Of a stretch of 64,000 nucleotides of DNA, positions 27,557 through 41,124 are shown piece by piece. The stretch lies in contig OZ024740.1 of the NCBI GenBank assembly GCA_964016885.1, forward strand, positions 241,738,001-241,802,000. Reading direction: 5' to 3'. Made by a program: the position numbers and the translations under genes. Every line of letters starts with the position of its first letter. The first letter of the stretch is position 1. The notes beneath the pieces were generated by a model that saw nothing but the letters and a program-made list of their open reading frames with translations, did not search any database and was not told where the DNA came from. The DNA comes from Eledone cirrhosa (taxonomy: Eukaryota).

Positions 27557-29130
27557 ATGAATTCAACTAAAATAAACTCTTCCACACCGAACACCACTGA
27601 CGCCACCACCACCACAACAACTGAAATTAAAATTAACAATAACAACAACAGCAACAATGAAATTAAGAAAACTACCCTGTCTTTTGCGAGAGTAGCAAAA
27701 AAGTGCGAAGCATTCCAGGTAACTCAGGAGGAATTAGAAGAAGCCAAAAAATGGTAAAGAAAGATGGGTACAGGGTCAGCCTCCCCCCCCCGCACATAAT
27801 AAAATGGAGCATCGGCGCCTATGCACCGTGTCTTATCGGACGATTAACATAAAATCGCGCCGAGTGGAACGGGCATCCGAGTCCCAAATCCAAAAAGCTT
27901 TGGGACATGTGTGGGCAAAAACCCCCACATCAGACGTGGGCAGAAATATGGAACCGTGGACGTATTCTTTGAAACACCACAGGAGGCCAGAGAACACTCC
28001 ATGGCCCCATTAAGAAGTGACAACTTCACACTCGTCCCAAGCTATTGTGGCCAGAGACTCGTGAAGATCAGGGTAACCCACGTTCCACCGGCCATCGAAA
28101 TTCCCTGGCTAATGGCTGCCGTCCTCGCCGGCATCGAAGCCAACACCAAGATAATCGAAATAGCGAAAGAAAAGCAGGAGAACTGGTCCGAATCTGGGAT
28201 GGAGCTCTTGATCCAAGCGGACCAAAAAAGCATTGAGGAGATCCCAGAGGTAATAGACCTCACTTACGGCAGCCAGTTCACCGTAATCGTCGAGGGCAGA
28301 AGGCCTAGGTGTGTCGTTTGTGGTGAAGGAACCCACCTACGGGCTTTCTGCCCTCAGGCTAAAGGTTGAGGCCACCTCTCTTACCCACCCCAGTGACTCA
28401 ACCATCAACACCACCAGCAGCAGAAATGGCAGCAACAACTGTAGCAGCAGCAACAGAAGCAACTGAAACAGCAACAACCCCAGCAACAGTAGCAAATCCA
28501 ACATCACCACCACCCAACGCGCCAGAACTAGCACCAGCGCCTACACCATCCACCACGCCAAAACCAAAACCAACACCCGTGGAGGATTTTCCACTCCCCG
28601 ACCTATCGCAACTGGAGACAGATTGTGACGACAAGGAGTGGAAAACGGTATCAGGAAAAAAGAAAAAAAAGAAAAAGAAACCAAAAAAGAAAAAATCCTC
28701 TTCCCTCCCCCTCCAAAAACAAAATACAGAGGGAAACAAATAAACTATCAAACAAAAAAGTTAGGACAGCTATGCCACCATCCGCACCAGCATCACCAAC
28801 CCCATCACCACAAACACCAACACCATCACCATCATTAACCCCAACACCACAAAAGTCACCAAAAAGCGAAACAGAAACAAACCCACCAGAAACGCAAACA
28901 AAACAAAACAACCAAAACGATACACACTACACAGCATTAAATGTGAACAACAACCAATTATTACACTACATCCAACACAACACCAGCATCACAGAAAAAG
29001 ACTACACAACAACCCAAAAGTTCACACCACCTCCATACATACAAATCACTCGCATCACACAGAAAACGTACACGACACTAAAACAAAAATTCCCCAAAGA
29101 CATCGAAGACATCCGACAAGCACTCTCCAG
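27557..29130 (+). pseudogene. LINE ORF1 (gag-like), frameshifted
   Basis: SFARVA motif, VIVEGRRPRCVVCGEGTHLRAFCP, Pro/Thr-rich linker, EWKTVSGKKKK. Confidence 0.8.
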
Positions 29131-29149
29131 GGAACTTATAAGGACATCC

Positions 29150-32100
29150 TTCCGGAGGAGGCCACAAGCAGCCGATTTTCGGCGGCTACGATGTGTACGC
29201 ATCTCCCAGCTCTCCTGGATCGCGGGGGGGGGGGGGAGTTGCTGTGCTTTTTCGGAGAGGTTTGGATCTCTCCATACGGGCCATCTTCCTGGACCCAGAA
29301 GGTTAGTTGGTGGTGCTAGACGTGACCAGCGGAGACGGGCAAGCTTTCAGGCTAGTGGCCGTCTATGCCCCGACAGGAGCAGGGCGGGCTGATTTCTCCC
29401 GGCGTCTGGAGACCTTTCTAGGAACGTCCCGCTCTTTAGTGTTAGTGGGCGACTGGAACGGGATCTTAGATGCACGCTGGGACTGTGTGGGATTAGCGGA
29501 TAGGGAAGGAGGGTGCAAGAGTCTCACCAACCTGCTCAGGCGTTTTGAACTGTCTGACAGGTACCGATTGGATTTCCCGAATGTACCAATGTGGACTTGG
29601 ACAAATCGCATAGGGTCATCCAGATCATATCTAGATAGAGTATTTTGTAGGGAAATAGATAGGTCTAGCATAGGCTATCCACAATTCAAGATAGTCAGCT
29701 ACACGGACCACAAATTCGTGATCTGTGTGCTTGACTTAGATAGGCTTCATAGACAAGGACCCGGCTACTGGAAGCTAAACGCGTCCTTACCAGCGTGCAA
29801 GGTCTACAGAGACCGGATTAGCGAACTAGTTAAGCGAGTGTTGACGGGGTCCATCGTCAACAACAAGTCGTGGTTTGCTCTGGAAAGAGCGATTAGAATA
29901 GAGTCCATTAGTTTTAGTAAGGCTTTAGCTATAAAGAAAAATAGAGCAGAGGGAGAACTAGTTAGAAAATTAGTCGAGGCGCTTAGCAAAGGCATCGCGA
30001 CCGATGTACTTGCGGCGAAATTGGCCCTTGACCAATTCTTCGATGCAAAGCCGAAGGCTGCGTTGTCAGAGCTAGGGTGCGTGCTCTCAGACACGAGGGA
30101 CCGAAAGCCGTTCAATGGGCCCGAGTGGCGGAGGTGCGTCGTGGCAACAAAGCCACGATCCGGTCTTTGGTGGACCACGACGGGCGCATGCTACTCGATC
30201 CCGGGCAAATGTGTGAAGCTTTTCAGCGACACTTCGCTTAGCTGTTCGGAGGCAGCTGCGGGCCGGATCGAGGGATGGACTTTAGTGTCTACCTCGACGG
30301 ACTGCCGCGGTTCTCGGCCACTGAGGCGGAGTGTTGCGAAAAGCCGATAATAGCCGCTGAAGTACGGGAGGCAATGACTAGCTGCAAAAGAGGTAAATCG
30401 CCTGGTTTGGATGGTCTGCCCTATGAACTTTACGTACAGATGCCAGACTTGTTCAGAGGCCTCTTGGCGGACGTCTACTGCAACTGGCAACAGGACGGGA
30501 GAATTCCCAGCTCTGTGAGCCGAGGAGCTGTGGCGCTGCTGAGAAAGGATCCGAACAAGGGGGATAACATAGATAATTTTAGTCCCATAACTCTGCTAAA
30601 CACAGAGTTCAAGATTTTGGCCAAGGTGCTAGCAAAGAGGTTGGCGCTTGTCGTTGGTGGTCTGGTGGGAGAGGCGCAGATATGCGCCATTCCCGACAGA
30701 TCCATCCACGACAACCTCCACCTCATGCGATACATCGTAGAGAGGGTAGCTAGGGAACCTGGCACGGGTGGGTCCTTGATCAATTTAGATCAGTCGAAAG
30801 CTTTCGATAGGGTCGACCATCGTTACCTAGCGGCAGTCCTGAGAGCGACTGGCTTTGGGCCCGTCTTCAGAGGCTGGATCGCTGCCATGCACAGCGACAT
30901 CTGCTCTGTGGTGAGAGTAAACGGTCACCTTTCGGAACCGTTCAACATCATGCGCTCGGTCCGCCAAGGATGTCCCCTCTCGTCCCTCTTGTACGTATTG
31001 ACTCTCGAGCCATTACTGCACAAACTGGAGACGTTGAGGGGGGTCCCGCGCGAACTAGGATGCGGAAGATCCGTGTCAGCATATGCGGACGATGTCACCG
31101 CAGTGGTGTCGAACGCCAAACGCATCGAGGCGATGGCACTACACTAAGAGAATACGAAGCGGTGACAGGAGCAATGATCAACCAGGAAAAGTCAGTGGGC
31201 CTGCAGCTCGGCACCTGGAGAGGCAGGTCCATGCCGCCCAACAGCGTCGTCGGGCGCTGGACAGACGGACCAGTTAAATTGCTCGGGGTCTGGTTCGGTC
31301 CGGATCTCCAGACGGACAAAAACTGGGACGAGGTGACGAGCAGGGTGGCTTTTCTCACCCAGAAATGGGCTGAGAGGAAGCTATCCCTGAAAGGTCGGGC
31401 GGAGTTGGCTAACGCGTACATCACGTCCGTCATCTACTACCGCCTGACCGTCGTACCTTGTCCTAAGCCCCGCCTGACTGCGCTGGAGCGTTTGCTCATT
31501 CGCTTTTTGGGGAAGGGACGCGCTCCGATGGTCAGGCGGTCCATCTGCTGTCAACACCCGCTACGTGGAGGGCTGGGCATGCCGTGGCTGATGATGGGCA
31601 GACACGCGCTCAGGCTACGACATCTCCACCTCTTCCTCGACGGTGATCAGGTGTGGTTTCCGTTTGCTAGACGCGTCTTTCTCCAGCTCGTCTCCTTGAC
31701 GGAGCTGCAGTCCTGGGTCAAGCGAAGACCGAGAGGGAGCGCTTGGAGACTGGAATGTCTTCAGGCGCTCACAGCCCTCGACCAATCGGGCAATGTGATC
31801 GGTGGAAACTCCACCTTGGCGTTCTATAGAGGAATAGTGGAGAGGAAGAGCGACGACGTACTTGGGGAAACTCTAGGCGTCGACGAAAATCAACTAGCCA
31901 ATCTCTTCGGAAGAACTTTCGGGCCGGGGCCTATGGACAACTTCCAGAAATCCCTGGCCTGGCAGTGCTACCGAGGAGCTTTGCCAGTTCGGGATAAACT
32001 CTACAGGCATGGAGGTGCCGTCAGCCGGGCATGTCCGAGATGCGCGCAGGGCGACGAAATCGGCCTGCACGCACTCGTCCAGTGTCCGAGCATTGCTGAC

Positions 32101-32447
32101 TTGTGGGTTTATGTCGAACACCTGCTGTCGCGTGTGGGACGGATCCAGCTATCAGATGAGTCCATCGTGAGGATTGCCCCGCCCTCTTCCTTTAGCCGGG
32201 AAGGGCAGGCAGTTTTTATCTGTCTGGTGGCCATGGCGAAAGAGATAGTATGGTGGAAACGTTTGAAAGGGATGAAGACGAGCACTTACCTCTTCGGTGA
32301 TGCCCTGATTAACTTTTTTAAATTAATTTGAAAAGGAAAATCAGGGTAGAAAGGGAAGTGCTCTCTTCCCAGTATTTTGTTGAAAGATGGGTGAGAGAGG
32401 CAAGAATGGCCCGAGTGAATGGGCCTACTCTGAGTATGTGTCTGTAA
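29150..32447 (+). pseudogene. LINE ORF2 (APE endonuclease, reverse transcriptase, zinc-binding region), frameshifted, N-terminus apparently missing
   Basis: VYAP, VGDWN, SYLDRV, YTDH, GPGYWKLN, KSPGLDGLP, LDQSKAFDRVDH, VRQGCPLS, AYADDV, CPRC...HALVQCP. Confidence 0.92.
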
Positions 32448-32740
32448 ATTAAAGGTGGAAAACTGGGAGAAGGCACTTGCTTTGGTGGTCAGGGTCACTG
32501 TAACTTTTTAATGGGCTTTCTCCACGAATGTCCCTCGGAAGTCTCCCCCCTATTGGGGAATTTTTTCATTGTTCTATTATTACATCCTCTGTTTCTTGTT
32601 TTTTACACGCAGAAATGCCCATTTGTACCGCCCTGTATTGTCCTGTACTGTCCTTAATGTATACTTTATGTAAACCCTTGTGGTTAATAAAGAAAGCATT
32701 ATGATTATTATTACTATTATTATTATTATGAGCCTGAGTC

Positions 32741-33007
32741 TGGTAGATTGGCAGTATTTGGTAGAGTGTTGGACACTCTGCTTCGCGCCATAGAGTTACG
32801 TTTCTTTAAATGCTGAGTTCAAATCCCACCGAGGTTAGCTTTGCCTTTTATCCTTACGGGGGTCGATAACATTAAGTACCAGTCACGTACTGGGGTCGAT
32901 TTAATCGACTTTCCCTCTGCCCCAAAATTGCTGGCCTAAATCTAAACCATTATTATTATTTAATGCACTGGGTAATTGCTGGCCTTGTGCCTAAAGTAGA
33001 AACAATT
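32741..33007 (+). mobile_element. Nin/Deu-domain tRNA-SINE plus an extra tail fragment
   Basis: A and B boxes, conserved central domain, gctggccttgtgcctaaagtagaaacaatt tail. Confidence 0.8.
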
Positions 33008-33388
33008 ATTATTATTGTTTTATGAAATATGTGTTAGAACGGCGAGACTGACGAGGTTAAATGAGCCTTTTTTCGGCTACCCTTTTCTAAGCAGGAGGAA
33101 AGAAACCAGGAGACAGAATTCTCAATACTCGTGAGGCAACTGAGTAAGCCGGAATTTGTGTTTAGTTTCTTCCTGGAATTACCCTAAATTGCAGTCCCAA
33201 ACGATTGGGGAACTTCTCCTCGTTGATATTTGTTATTGTTTTCTCTTGTTATGTCTATTTATTACTATTTCTATTATCGTTATTCCTACTGTTTTTTCTT
33301 TACTAGTAAACCCAATCTGTGTTTGCTTAGTCCTTGTATTGTCCCCCCCCCCCCCAATATCTTGGGACTTTGTGGCCAATGAAGAAAT

Positions 33389-33441
<53 letters not shown>

Positions 33442-33450
33442 TTACTACTG

Positions 33451-33493
<43 letters not shown>

Positions 33494-33637
33494 GTACTAG
33501 TAAAGATTAAATCTTTAGAGTTATTTCTTTGGTATTTGGTTAATGGTGTTAGAGTTGACCATTCTCTTAGCTGTTTGGAAGTGTGATATATTTTTAAATG
33601 TGAACATGCAAAGTGGGAAATAATTTAATGCACGTAC

Positions 33638-33649
33638 CTGTTTTAGGAG
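33638..33649 (-). CDS. Secreted double-VWA protein, 12-nt microexon (coding exon 4, interdomain linker)
   Basis: ttttcttttttctcttttcag|CTCCTAAAACAG|gtacgt; phase 1-1; gives ...QCK-TPKTD-CSV... Confidence 0.7.
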
Positions 33650-34889
33650 CTGAAAAGAGAAAAAAGAAAAATATATTTGAATAGTGTTTGAATCTTGAAG
33701 TAAAATATGTTCAATTGAAATATCATGAAAACTAAGTTTAATCTCATTTCCAGGAAATATATTTCGTTGTTTTCTTATCTTGAGGAAATATAATGAATGT
33801 TTGTGTCTATGTTAAGGGGACGAATGCCGTTGATGGCAGTGACTCTCTGACGATCAGTGGAACTAATTTTATCAAATATCGCAGCGCTTAGAGTCAAAAT
33901 TGTCAGTATCGAGCTTTCATGTTTAAAAATTGCGCCGTGGACTACTTCGAATTTCATCACGCTCCTTTGTTTAAAAGATGAGCCAAAATATGTTCTTCTT
34001 ACATTCTTCTGAAGGATCTAATTTAAACAATGTAATATCAATATCAGACATCATAAATGGCACTTTGTGACAATAAAGAGAAACGGTGAATTAAAAAATG
34101 TTGTTTGTTAAATTGATCATTGTTCTGAGTACAAATCCCACCGAGATAAACTTTGCATTCATTCTTTCAGAATTAGGGAAGACGTCAGCATAAAAAATTC
34201 TAGTGTTGCTGCCTTCGTCATGATAAACTGTGATCAATGGTATCCAAACCGTGACCATCACATATTTTTTTCGCAGACACATTCTATCCAGAACTATATT
34301 ATCCAATGTTTTATTTTATAATATAGTTGACTGTGATATGAGGGAGATTTGTTTTGCTGTTCTTAGCTATTCGAGTAAACGCATTGTCTCCTAAGGTAAA
34401 ACTAGTGTTTTCTAAAGCAGAAACATAGAGAATTCTACCTCGGCGCTCATCAGTGTTCTGTTATTAATGTTGTGTGTGGTGCCATACTGTGGTGTTGTTT
34501 GTGACTATGTCGATAGGGCTTTTGAAATTGGAGTATTTTTAACATGTACATAACGCATCTGAAGTAATATATTACTCGTTGACTTTTATTCCGACACTTT
34601 ATCAATTCGCGGCAATTACATATATACATACATCCATACATACATACGTACATACATACATGCGTACATATATACATGCGTACATACATATACACACAGA
34701 AAAATCCCCACACACACATATATCCAGCGTGTCCCTGACAACAGCAGGGCAATAAATATTGCCTGTACAAATAATCAAAGTGTGTATACATTTTGGGGGG
34801 ACACCCTTTATATATGTGCTTCTAAGCGTGAGAGTACCTATTTAGAAAATGTATAAATACACATGCCACATAAAAACTGAATTACTTAC

Positions 34890-35429
34890 TTTTGCATTGC
34901 ACCGCATTCTTAATGGAGTCTATGAGGTCGTGTGAATTCAGACTGAAAACATAATAGTTAGTTGGTCGGCTCGCAATCATTCTTAAGTCTTCTCTATTGT
35001 TCATATTTATGTCACCGACAGCAAATATCTTAATGTTTTTCTTCATTAAATTGTTCGCTGCTTCCATAGGATCATCTGAACTTTGACCGTCGGTTAAAAC
35101 TATTACAATTTTAGTAGCAGTCCGTCTCGCTCTGAAATTGCCGAATCCATTAGTCTGTAAGCTCTTCAAAGCTGATCCGATCTTGGTGCTCCCACCCATC
35201 GGGTATATATGACTGAGGTAGTTTTTTAGGTAGGAAACATCGTATGACAGATCAACATTTAAGAAGAATAAATCACTAAATGTTGCAATGCCGACATGGA
35301 CCTTGTGGTATTCAATTGGCAATGCATTTAGGATGTTCTTCACAAAAATCTTCTGCTTTGTAAAGAGTTGACTGGTGCTGTCTGACGAATCCAGCAAAAA
35401 GAATATGTCGGCTTTATCTGTTGTACATT
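34890..35429 (-). CDS. Secreted double-VWA protein, coding exon 3 (VWA domain 1 with intact MIDAS)
   Basis: Acceptor poly-T-cacag, donor gtaagt, 540 nt, phase 1-1; CTTDKADIFFLLDSSDS, VGIATFS, GGSTKIGSAL, IVIVLTDGQS, IFAVG, LRMIAS. Confidence 0.93.
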
Positions 35430-37612
35430 CTGTGAAAAAAAAAAAGATAAAGAAATTTTGAAATTCTATAAACAATTCTTGAAATAATTATTTAACAAAA
35501 AGAAAGTTGGAAAAATACTAATTTACTGTAATATAGCATTTAGATTTAGGAACGCTACATTCTGATTTCAAATCCAGTTAGAATAGTCTTTGTTTCTTCT
35601 TTCCAGAGTTGATAAAATTAATATATATTCAGCTTAATTTCATCTCTCTATATTTTGTGTTTCTTCTTTTAAATTACCAGATACCAGTAATATACTAAGA
35701 GCATTTCACTCAATTATACTTGTCTTACGGCCAAACCGGGCTTGTAAAAAAAGAAGTGCAAATGTAATAAATATAAAGGATAAATATACATCAATTCCGT
35801 ATGACTGCGTAAAAGCTTTATTACTTTAACCTTCTTATTCTTAACCAAACATGACTGGGCAAATTGATTTTCCGAAAAGGAGTTGATAGAATGTTGTGCG
35901 GTTCATACCTTTAATAGGGGGCATTATCAAACATAACCGAAGCGAACTATCTTTAATTATGTTTTCGTTAGAGAGCTACGAAGTTTCGTTTAACGTTTAC
36001 TTTCATACTATAGTGTTTGTATTGATTAGATTTCAGTATATCTTTTCCTTTAATATCCGCAATGTGTTTACAGTCATTATCTACATATTAACTTCGGTAA
36101 ATGTTATAGTTTAGATAATAATCAACTCGTGGACTGAGTCTGGTGCACATTTGATTGTTTCCGTTTATATTTAATTTAACTTGCTCTGCCTATACATTTC
36201 AAGAAGTCACGAAAGCATTTCATTTTCACATTCAGGTTATTCTGCTTGCGAATTCTACCGACGCAGAAATATCAAATTGATTGTAACAGCACATAGTAGA
36301 ATTCTGTTACGGGTGCTCCACAATCGTTAGAATATATAATTTGTCAGACTGTCAGCTTGCATGTTATTCTCGCGAAAGTAGAATGTAGAATTGTAGTAGT
36401 TCAAGAGTAATAATAATCACGTCGATCTCACCAATCACATAGAGCCTGTGTAGGCATGAGCACATCCTCTCATCTAGACTAATCTAAAAAAATATTATAT
36501 CAGTTACTATCAGTTTCTACCAACCATTTAAAAAGGGAGGTTATTCAAAATGAAAGCCATAACTTGAAACTCCAGTTCTTTTATCAGTTAAAAGAATATT
36601 CAATGTTTTATTTATTTATTTTTTGTTTGTTTTTCCCAGCTGCACCACCCACGCTGAATTATTTGTCTAGAGTATCCGCCAGTATTGATATATTCGAGAA
36701 CAAAACTATTTCATGTGTCATTTTAAGAACATTAGCGAAATAAGCGATAATATCGATGAAAAAATATTCTCGAACTATTTATGTTGTTAATGACCTTTAT
36801 CTGAGCTCAAATGTGGAGGAGACAGAGTAAGCAACATTACAAGTCTATTGTAATGTGGAGGAGACAGAGTAAGCAACATACAAGTCTATTGGAAATGCTT
36901 TCGAAAAACACAGATTTCCCCTGGAAGCAAACTAATTGTAATTAACTTAATGTTGTAATTAACTTAATGTTGCCTTCTTTAACAATGATTTTTTTTTATA
37001 TTCGTTCATTGCATTTTTTTTTGTTTTTACTAGTAGAAAAATTGAAAAGAACGTAAGAATTGAAGTCCAGGGATGTCGTTAGTTTATTCTGGTACAAACA
37101 CAATATTACGATGGCGATTTAAAAAGTAAATATTAAGTAGAAATGCAGGAATTGATACTGTACAGAATGCAGTAACACGATATGGAAATGTACATGTGCA
37201 TACATATTTGTTTTTGCTTTGTAGCTGAGTCAACCAGCCACTAGCAAACTTTTAATTAAATGTGTCCTACCACTGATTATCCCATATGATTTTCAAAGAT
37301 ATTGTAATCTAAGACTACATTAACCAATGTGTTTTTGTTGTTTAACTCATGGTCAGTCCTTATTGAATAGACTAATGTTCAAAGGCAATCATCACGTCGT
37401 GATCATCCCATCTCTTTTTCATCCAGGATCACAATGTCCCCTATATTCTTCTTTTTCTTATGACTGTAGAATGTAATTTCAGCGAGATTTACTTGCTATT
37501 TCTAGCTATTACTTGCTATTACACAGAGGCTCGATGTTGGCAAATGTGTTATTTTGAGTACTGAAGCGGTATGTTTGTATGTATGTATGTATGTATGTAT
37601 GTATGTATGTAT

Positions 37613-37690
<78 letters not shown>

Positions 37691-38397
37691 CAGAGAGAGA
37701 GAGAAAGACAGAGTCTCAATTTTTTGATCACCATAACAACCGGCTCATGAAATTAACGCACACGTGACAGAAAATTCTTCTACTGACACGCATACACTTA
37801 CCAAACCCAGTTCACAGGGAGATTCAGGATGAACTACTATGTGACAAGACGAGTACAAAATTACTGGCACAACTCATGGTTTCCAGTTGACTGACCTGAA
37901 ACAACGTGAAATAAAATGTCTTACTCAAGGATACAATGTGCCACCAAGAAAATACGATATTATGATCGTGAGCCAAACACCATAACCACAAAGCCACATG
38001 TCTTCAATATATTCAGCATATAGACTGTTATTGGTGTCTACATCTCTGTCTCTTGTTTTTTTTATTATCTATATCCTTCATTCTATAGCGGTCGGTTGGC
38101 GGAGTCGTTGGAGCGTCGGATCAAAGCTTTGCGATATTTAGTGGCGTCTTTCTATGTTCTTTCTATGTTCTTTCTATGTTACACTGAAGATATATTGAAA
38201 TGGTCACATGGAACGGTACTAATTATCTTTATTTTTATCGTCAGGCCGAAAATATGGATTTAGTTTGCAGTTTTTTTTTTGCAGCACGCTCTGTAAGTCT
38301 CTCGCACGCTTTAAAAGCCACTGTCGATTTCATGTTCGCAGAACGGTGGACATGCACGCGTAACAAGTAATCAGCCATCATGAATGTATATAAATAC

Positions 38398-38584
38398 TTG
38401 TTTCTACTTTTGGCACAAGGCCAACAATTACCCAGTACATTACTGGTACTTTATTTTATCGACCCCGTAAGAATGAAAGGCAAAGTTAATCTCGGCGGGA
38501 TTTGAACTCAGACCATAAACGGCCGTAACTCTTTGCTGCAAAGCATGGCGTCCGACCCTCTACCGATTATGCCAATCCATCGCC
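38398..38584 (-). mobile_element. Nin/Deu-domain tRNA-SINE
   Basis: Same family as 22495-22681. Confidence 0.85.
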
Positions 38585-38620
38585 TTTCGAATATTAATAA
38601 TAATAATATCCATCCGTTTT

Positions 38621-39228
38621 CAGTTATGCAAACATGCCGATACAAGAGCAAGAATGACGGTGTCATTCTACTGACATGACTTTAATGAGGCTGTTTGCAT
38701 AATTGAAAACGAATCGAATATTATTATTAATATTCGAAGAGCTCAGATTACATTTATTGTATTCAGCCTTGTAGAGCGATAAATCCTTTGTTAATTATTT
38801 GTACATGGCAAAGCCCGCCATTGATCGCTCGTATACACGAAACTTACTGGCCAGTCTGCTGATATGCAAATCTGGCTGATCAGTGGATCTGCTAACATGC
38901 AGATCAGACTGATCAAGTAGTCTGCTAATAAGCAAATCAGGCCGATCAGTCACTGTATATTTGAGAAAATATCATATATTTTCACTGGCTCTGACAGTTG
39001 GCAGGTAAGCAGGATACAGTGCTGATGAAGGGTAATCACCCAGAAACATTAGTGTCTACAGTTCTGTTTACATGCCATCACAAGAACAAAATTGTCGGGG
39101 TCATTCTAATGACATGGCTTTAAAGAGACTGTTTGCATAATAGCAAGCGAATCGAATGTTATTATTGATATTCGAAAATCTCAGATTACATTTATTGTAT
39201 TCAGCCATGTAGAGCGATAACATTTTTG

Positions 39229-39230
<2 letters not shown>
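38621..39230 (+). mobile_element. About 1.4 units of a 438-bp HHR-containing repeat
   Basis: 38621-38792 recurs, diverged, at 39059-39230; HHR at the junction; ends in (TA)n. Confidence 0.7.
39019..39059 (+). ncRNA. Type I hammerhead ribozyme
   Basis: gtg-CTGATGA-agggt(aatc)accca-GAAA-cattagt-GTC-tac; GUC triplet, short stem I. Confidence 0.75.
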
Positions 39231-39269
<39 letters not shown>

Positions 39270-39399
39270 AGAGGAAGTAAAAAATTATAAGCTCTTTTTT
39301 TTCTATAATTCATTCAAACAAAAGCACCAGTTGAATAATTACACGATTTTTCGATATAGTCTTCTTGCTTTTCAACGCACTTATTCCATTGGTCCACAA

Positions 39400-40290
39400 A
39401 CTTGCTTATTCCATCGGAGAACAATGTTTTAGGCTGGCCGCGCAGCCATTTATACACCTCTTCATGCACTTCTTCATCCTAAACGTTTATAATCAGAATA
39501 GGTGAGATCCGGACTGTATGGAGAGTATTCTAGCAACTTAAAGACCCAATTTTCCAATAGTTTCAACGGTGTTGGCAGCCGTATGTGGGCATATATTGTC
39601 GTGCAACAATAACACATGTTTTGACAATGGACCTCGACGTTTCGTGCGAATTGCTGGTTTCAGTTTGGCCAGCATTTCACTGTAACCTACACTGGTGACT
39701 ATAGACCCCTTTTTCAGGTAATCGTCTAATGTAGGTCCATTTGCGTCACCAAAACAGTTATTATCAGTTTTTCTGCGGAAGGTTGAGTTTTGAATTTCTC
39801 CTTTGCTGGTGATCCCGGGTTTTTCTACTCCACATTTTGCCATTTGGAATCTAGTTCAAAGTGATGGATCAAGGTCTCATCTCCTGTGACTATTCTCTCC
39901 AAAATACTTTACCTCCATCGGTGTAGCGGTGGAGTAAGTGTTGTCAGATCTGCATACGATTGCGCTTTGCCCTTCTGTAAGACTTCTTGGTAGCCATCTC
40001 ACACTGATTTTAGGGAAGCGAAGCTTGTCGTGGATGACATGACTAATTTCAAGAGAACATATTGCCTCATCGATGGTCACTTGTCGGTTCGCCAAAACCA
40101 TCTCTCGAGCTTGTTGAATCTTCACATCAGTGGTGAAGGTTGATCGGCATCCTGCACTCTTTATGCTTCATGCTTATCCGGCCATTTTAAAACTTCTCTA
40201 TTCACTCATATACACTTCTACACGGTGGAGCGCTGTCACTGTACTGAAAGCCTGCGATGAATTTCAGTTCCTGACACACCTTCAGACCAG
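39400..40290 (-). pseudogene. Mariner transposase relic
   Basis: VRWLPRSLT, IVTGDET (frameshifted), LLLHDNICPHTA and PYSPDL motifs. Confidence 0.85.
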
Positions 40291-40695
40291 AGAAATCGGA
40301 TTACTGAAATAAAACTGAAGCGATCAAGGTTGGAACTCAGTTCAGTAACCACAAGAGGAGCACCTTTTAGCACGTAAGCGATGAAGGCAATGTGGCCAAC
40401 CTCAAGAAAGTTTTGGCGAAAGTGCGGATAACTTCCCTTCGCATATATATATATATATTTATTTTTTCTTCTTAATAACCAGAACAGTGTATGACTATTT
40501 TATCAGACACTGTGACTTCGAATGGTCCAACTGTACAATCGGTAGGGGTCGAAAATGCGTACGTAAATTTTGACGACTGATGACCACGAAGCTGGTACTT
40601 GTTGCCAATATTATAATTTCACTTGTAACGCACGCGGCTCCGCTGATCTACTTTTGAACTCCGCTGCTCCAACTTTTTCTCTCTCCGAACTTACT

Positions 40696-40733
40696 ATTTT
40701 ATGAAGAAGGACTTATGTTTCGAAACGTCGAAT
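40696..40733 (+). ncRNA. Decayed minimal hammerhead
   Basis: ATGAAGA-aggac(ttat)gtttc-GAAAC-GTC; C3 mutated. Confidence 0.45.
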
Positions 40734-41124
40734 TCTTCATTTACTTTTTCCCAAGCGTGAAACTAATGAGACTTTGTGATTTTGCATTTCTGTTTGCAAC
40801 AGAATATGTGAATTTTTTTCATAGTCTAGTATATTAACCAGGCAAATAATTATACCATATGTGGAGCAATCACTTAAAATGTATTAAATACTTAAATACA
40901 ATTAACATACTTTCATACAAATCTAGTGTTTCTTTTATATATATATATATATTTAAACATGTGTCACGTAGTTTGATATTATTCTGCATTAAAATTTTAC
41001 TGAAGGTGAAGGGTGAGTGTAATATCTCTAATTTCTCTTCCTTATTGAACTTATATGTTGAAAGTGAAAGCATAACTCGTTGTACAGTAGATACACTGTT
41101 TGGAGATTTCGTTTTTGTGTAATG

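Larger units (their letters stand above)
27116..32730 (+). mobile_element. Near full-length Tx1/L1-clade LINE, disrupted
   Basis: ORF1 with CX2CX4HX4C knuckle; ORF2 with APE, RT and C-terminal Cys motif; AATAAA plus (ATT)n tail; 5' boundary approximate. Confidence 0.92.
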
